Assembly: GCA_043228905.1 (NCBI GenBank)
Contig: JBHGNT010001330.1
Coordinates: 1 to 9,765, forward strand
Source of the DNA: Azolla caroliniana
Lineage: Eukaryota > Plantae > Polypodiophyta
Direction of reading: 5' to 3'
DNA: 9,765 nucleotides
Below, in pieces: positions 7,101 through 9,765 of the stretch. The notes beneath the pieces are model-generated. The model was not told the origin of the DNA, made no database searches, and worked only from the letters and a program-made list of their open reading frames with translations. The translations under genes and the position numbers were made by a program. Each line of letters begins with the position of its first letter. The stretch's first letter is position 1.

Positions 7101-9704
7101 GATTTTTAAAATGACCAAAATCCTCCTAGAACATCCAAGAGTCATAGAATGTTTCTTAACTTCGCTGAATTAGATAGGAGAAAGAGGAGTGTTGTAGACC
7201 TTGAAATTAGAATCAGGAAGACGAATAGGAAAATTTAGTGCTGCAGCAAAAAAGACCAGGGTGGAAATGTGTGGAAATAGTTGGCCAAGCTTATTCATTT
7301 TTTTCAATTTATGAGGTCAACTTTAAAGCTTTTGAAAAAGGAGACATTGCGCCTAGCTTGAAACATGTCAACCACATCTGTACAATTCCATTGTGAACTT
7401 TGCAGTCGTATGAAGTATGGAAACAAACCCTGATTATTAATTCCAGGATATGTCTTTGTAAGACCAGGAACTGTTGGCGTTAGAAAATACAAAAAACAAA
7501 TGATCAAATGCGACTGACAAGAGATTCTGAGGCAAATTATAAGGAAAATAATAGATGACAAATAGAAATAGCAGATAGGTATAAAACTTCATTACCGCAT
7601 TGATAAAAAGACGTGAAAAGTATGTACAATAGGATTTACATCTAGAAGTGCTAGTGATTGAGATATCTATTGACTAGCTCTTTCTATTCATAGACACTAG
7701 GTTTCAATAATGTAGACTGCAATACACTAGAGAAGATAGAGAGAAGAAATATCAAATAAGAGAAAAACAATTTCAATTGTTTTATAGGAAGTATCCAATA
7801 CTCAGATGAAGATAGAAATTTTTCCTTTGATGCTTCTAAGTGCGATATTGCCTTCAAAAAGAAGAAAATCTTTATAAATTGAAAATCGTGAAGATTATCA
7901 TTTTTCTCTTCTAAAGAGACAGTATTATAGCGAAGATTTATAGCTGTATCTAAAACCGAATTCCTGTTCAAAGTTTTCTTTGAGTTTAACATTTTAGTAC
8001 AAAACAAGCACAAACTATAGTTGTACAACATATCTACTAACAATGATAGTAATAATAATGATATGTTTACATGTAAAGAAGCATATATGACTCCCATCAT
8101 ATCTAATGTTTAGCATTATCAAGTAATCATCATAAAATAGTTGCTCAAAGATATTCACCTTTACACGCTTTCCATAAATCAACTTGTGCAAAAGTTGCAT
8201 CGATTCATCATTCCTTTTCCGCTTGGAGAGTTTAAATACAACTGTAACTCAAGTTTAGTAAATAGATAAGCCAAGGTCACGTGATGTGTTAACTCAAAGA
8301 AACTTGAAAGTAGATGCAATCAAAGCTTCAGGTGCAATGTAACACAACGTAATTCCACAAAAATTAAAGCACACCTAAGAAACCCAAAACATACAATCCC
8401 ACTAAAGATGGTGCCTCTTATTTACCTGGAATTATCTTGATACAATAAATAAAATATTTCGTAAATATTATTTGGCATGCATGTTCCATAGACGAAGCCA
8501 TATATTACACCTTTTATCATATCATTTTAGGATTTAATTTTCTTATTTTGCCCTTTCACTAAGCAATGATACTTCTAAAATCTCAATGTCTTAATAGTAC
8601 AAGTACACATATAGTATACCACAAGATGACACACATTACACTTTACAGAGAAGACGAGTTGATTCTGGGATTTCTTTTGCCCCACAAATTACTTATATCA
8701 ATCAATTGGAGCTATTTATGCAGTTATACATGCATATACAAAGAGAATCCGCATTGAGGGAATAAAACATTCACTAAAACATGTCTCCAATTATGCCATG
8801 ATACAAAGAAGTTGTAAATTAGAGAGACTTATAGAGTTCACTCACCATTGGGAATATCTTTAAGACAATATCCATTACCCTGAAACCAAAATATAAGCTT
8901 ATTTAGTGACCCCCTCCATGTATGCACCACTCAAATGACCATGAGTTTTTTTCATATTAAATTCATATTTTTCAGACCCAAAAACATCTGAGAATCTACA
9001 CAGAATTCATCATTGAATGAAATAAATGATATCCTTGACTTTGTGAATTGCTCCAAAATCACAGCATGCACGAATGAAACTCCAAAATCATTTCATCCTT
9101 AATTTAATGTATTAACTCTAAAATCATAGCATGAATGTATCATTAAATTCTGCAAAGTTGATGGCATGAAATTTAATACGTTAGGATCCAAAAACACATG
9201 AATCCAACAAACGAATTAAGCCAAATTCATCCTCCAGTTCATGTTTGGACTCTAAAATCATGAATTGCACGGGTTAAACTCTAAAGGAATTTTTACTCGT
9301 ACGTTCATGTATAAATTCCAAAACCCATAGCACAAATATATTAAATTTGAAAAACATTTTCATCCTTAATTTCACTTCTTGACTTCAAAATCATGGCATG
9401 AATATATTAATACTCCACAAAAATAAGGACAGACACATACCTTTTCAATTTTGAGTTCTTTGATTTTTTCCTTCTCAATTGTATTCGAAAAGCGTTCAAT
9501 GGATTTTCTTTCACGAGATGGCCTTTCACTACTCGGAGTGACGGGTTCTTTAATACTATCATTATTCTTCTTCCTCCTCTTTTTCAAAGAAACCTTAGTT
9601 GGTGTTTCCTCTTTGACCTCAACTTGAGCTTCTGAGTCTGCTTCCTCTGTTTCTATTGCTTTTTCTTCTGTTACCACAGCAGGACTGTTCTCTCCATTCT
9701 CCAT
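1046..9704 (-). CDS. DEK: DEK domain-containing chromatin-associated protein, 11 coding exons: join(complement 9441-9704, 8846-8879, 8159-8241, 3629-3688, 3289-3396, 3119-3199, 2963-3040, 2014-2863, 1621-1703, 1287-1317, 1046-1170), 598 aa
   Basis: Manual splicing gives one continuous frame from ATG (9704) to TGA (1048-1046), with GT-AG at all 10 introns and a total of 1797 nt. Motifs recognised from plant DEK proteins: PVTPSSERPSRERKSIERF, GxGxxLKDIPNVxFKLSKRK, LLEFSGxVW, KEKLERCVKDSL, LDFLDSPHSTTD, and the DEK-C domain PSDDDLRSAICDLLRDADFGTVTFTDVVKQLGAKFNVDLSQNKAHVKILIQEEI. Paralog identity is not determinable from the sequence alone. Confidence 0.95.
1287..1317 (-). CDS. DEK: DEK coding exon 10 (VTFTDVVKQL-G), 31 nt
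   Basis: Acceptor atgcAG at 1319-1318 and donor TAG|GTATAA. DEK-C TFTDxxKQL motif. Confidence 0.93.
1621..1703 (-). CDS. DEK: DEK coding exon 9 (EETKPAIPSDDDLRSAICDLLRDADFGT), start of DEK-C domain, 83 nt
   Basis: Acceptor gtgcAG at 1705-1704 and donor ACG|GTACTA. Confidence 0.92.
2014..2863 (-). CDS. DEK: DEK coding exon 8, acidic/lysine-rich low-complexity linker (RQKVESIDQPDEDEDEEE...GSSKKAK), 850 nt
   Basis: Acceptor ttatcAG at 2865-2864, in frame with ORF 1994..2752 (offset 111 nt). Donor AAG|GTTTGG at 2014/2013, phase 1. Confidence 0.9.
2505..2835 (-). repeat. Coding (GAR/GAY)n low-complexity tracts encoding poly-Glu/Asp
   Basis: Runs of ttcctc/ctcttc/tcatcc on the plus strand, translating to EEEEEE/DEDE tracts in exon 8. 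Confidence 0.9.
2963..3040 (-). CDS. DEK: DEK coding exon 7 (KLKDKRRKKTPIKGTKRKSSGGTPRK), 78 nt, or 75 nt if the distal AG is used
   Basis: Donor AAG|GTACGT at 2963/2962. The acceptor is a tandem GAG-AAG (3043-3038), so the exon starts at 3040 or 3037; both are in frame. Basic, NLS-like peptide. Confidence 0.85.
3119..3199 (-). CDS. DEK: DEK coding exon 6 (EDVVLKMLDFLDSPHSTTDKLLEEREQ), 81 nt
   Basis: Acceptor tttcAG at 3201-3200 and donor CAA|GTGTGT. Contains the conserved FLxxPHxTTD motif. Confidence 0.92.
3289..3396 (-). CDS. DEK: DEK coding exon 5 (EKEKARMKEKLERCVKDSLLQVGEILDLNLPKTSKK), 108 nt
   Basis: Acceptor ttttcAG at 3398-3397 and donor AAG|GTGAGA. SAP-like helix region of DEK. Confidence 0.93.
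3565..3614. repeat. 25-nt tandem duplication in intron 4
   Basis: aaatattcctagtataaatgtcttt versus aaatagtcctactataaatatcttt, 22/25 identical. Confidence 0.88.
3629..3688 (-). CDS. DEK: DEK coding exon 4 (PTLVKANLLEFSGCVWGANE), 60 nt
   Basis: Acceptor tttttgtAG at 3690-3689 and donor GAG|GTATGA. Contains the FSGxVW motif. Confidence 0.93.
4694..5062. repeat. Diverged direct duplication, about 150 nt (4694-4840 and 4904-5062)
   Basis: Collinear shared blocks tgctaatttt, ccaacatagaacagaaa, ttttca.ccttaa, ttccag, taattg.ctcca, gtacccc, tgatatttctt.atttattt, tgtacatggag. Confidence 0.9.
5426..5643. repeat. Direct duplication, about 96 nt (5426-5521 and 5548-5643), period 122
   Basis: First 52 nt match at 47/52 (agactttgtccattttg.cttgcacctatgaagg.tgact...). 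Both copies end in aattcagaaaa...ggcagtttttcc. Confidence 0.93.
6935..6983. repeat. Approximately 24-nt tandem duplication in intron 3
   Basis: aatgagagacaaactgacatcga versus aatgaagagacaaactgattctcga. gagacaaactga is exact in both. Confidence 0.8.
8159..8241 (-). CDS. DEK: DEK coding exon 3 (VVFKLSKRKRNDESMQLLHKLIYGKRVK), 83 nt
   Basis: Acceptor ttacAG at 8243-8242 and donor AAG|GTGAAT. Overlaps the start of ORF 8015..8200. Confidence 0.93.
8846..8879 (-). CDS. DEK: DEK coding exon 2 (GNGYCLKDIPN-V), 34 nt
   Basis: Acceptor tttcAG at 8881-8880 and donor ATG|GTGAGT. Encodes the conserved LKDIPNV motif. Ends in phase 1. Confidence 0.93.
9051..9420. repeat. Degenerate minisatellite-like repeats in intron 1
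   Basis: ctc(c/t)aaaatca-type motif at 9051, 9080, 9116, 9250 and 9383, often followed by (t)(a/g)gcatgaat. Exact 15-mer tttcatccttaattt at 9091 and 9358. Confidence 0.75.
9441..9704 (-). CDS. DEK: DEK coding exon 1 (MENGENSPAV...PVTPSSERPSRERKSIERF...KELKIEK), 264 nt
   Basis: First 88 codons of ORF 9372..9704. Donor AAG|GTATGT at 9441/9440, phase 0. Confidence 0.92.
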
Positions 9705-9765
9705 AGCCAGAGAGAGATAGTGAATAAAGCTCCCAGATCGCTAGAGAAACTAAGATATATAATTT
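9705..9765 (-). other. 5' UTR segment with a probable 5'-UTR intron acceptor at 9742-9741
   Basis: Minus strand reads atatatcttagtttctctAG|cgatctgg...ctggctATG, a pyrimidine-rich tract ending in TAG 36 nt upstream of the start codon. The upstream exon and promoter would lie outside the window. Confidence 0.5.

Larger units (their letters stand above)
3689..8158 (-). other. DEK intron 3, 4470 nt
   Basis: GT at 8158-8157 and AG at 3690-3689. The flanking exons join in frame (GKRVK|PTLVK) with no obvious missing DEK residues. Confidence 0.88.

Noticed and set aside
4086-8757. Short ORFs in introns 2-3 (4086, 4112, 4397, 5679, 7304, 7684, 8566)
   Set aside because: Composition is typical of random AT-rich intron (I/L/F/K-rich), with no transposase, RT or other motif seen.
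8972-9012. Minus-strand ATGATGA ... CTGA pair resembling a C/D box snoRNA in intron 1
   Set aside because: Only about 41 nt from box C to box D, too short for a C/D snoRNA, and no convincing terminal stem.

Overview
AT-rich eukaryotic (land-plant-like) genomic DNA. The window is almost entirely one minus-strand, intron-containing gene for a DEK-family chromatin-associated protein. I reconstructed 11 coding exons by hand (9704->1046). All introns are GT..AG with consistent phases, giving a 1797-nt CDS including the stop (598 aa). The protein has the plant DEK N-terminal/SAP-like region (ERPSRERKSIERF...LKDIPNV...FSGxVW...LDFLDSPHSTTD), a long acidic/lysine-rich linker and a C-terminal DEK-C domain. 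Intron 3 is 4470 nt and holds two diverged direct duplications, a candidate in-frame 42-nt cassette exon and a possible decayed LINE remnant. Intron 1 and the 3' flank contain degenerate tandem repeats. Most ORF-track entries are shadow or intronic ORFs. I see no convincing novel multi-gene system; the best leads concern splicing and intron repeat structure.
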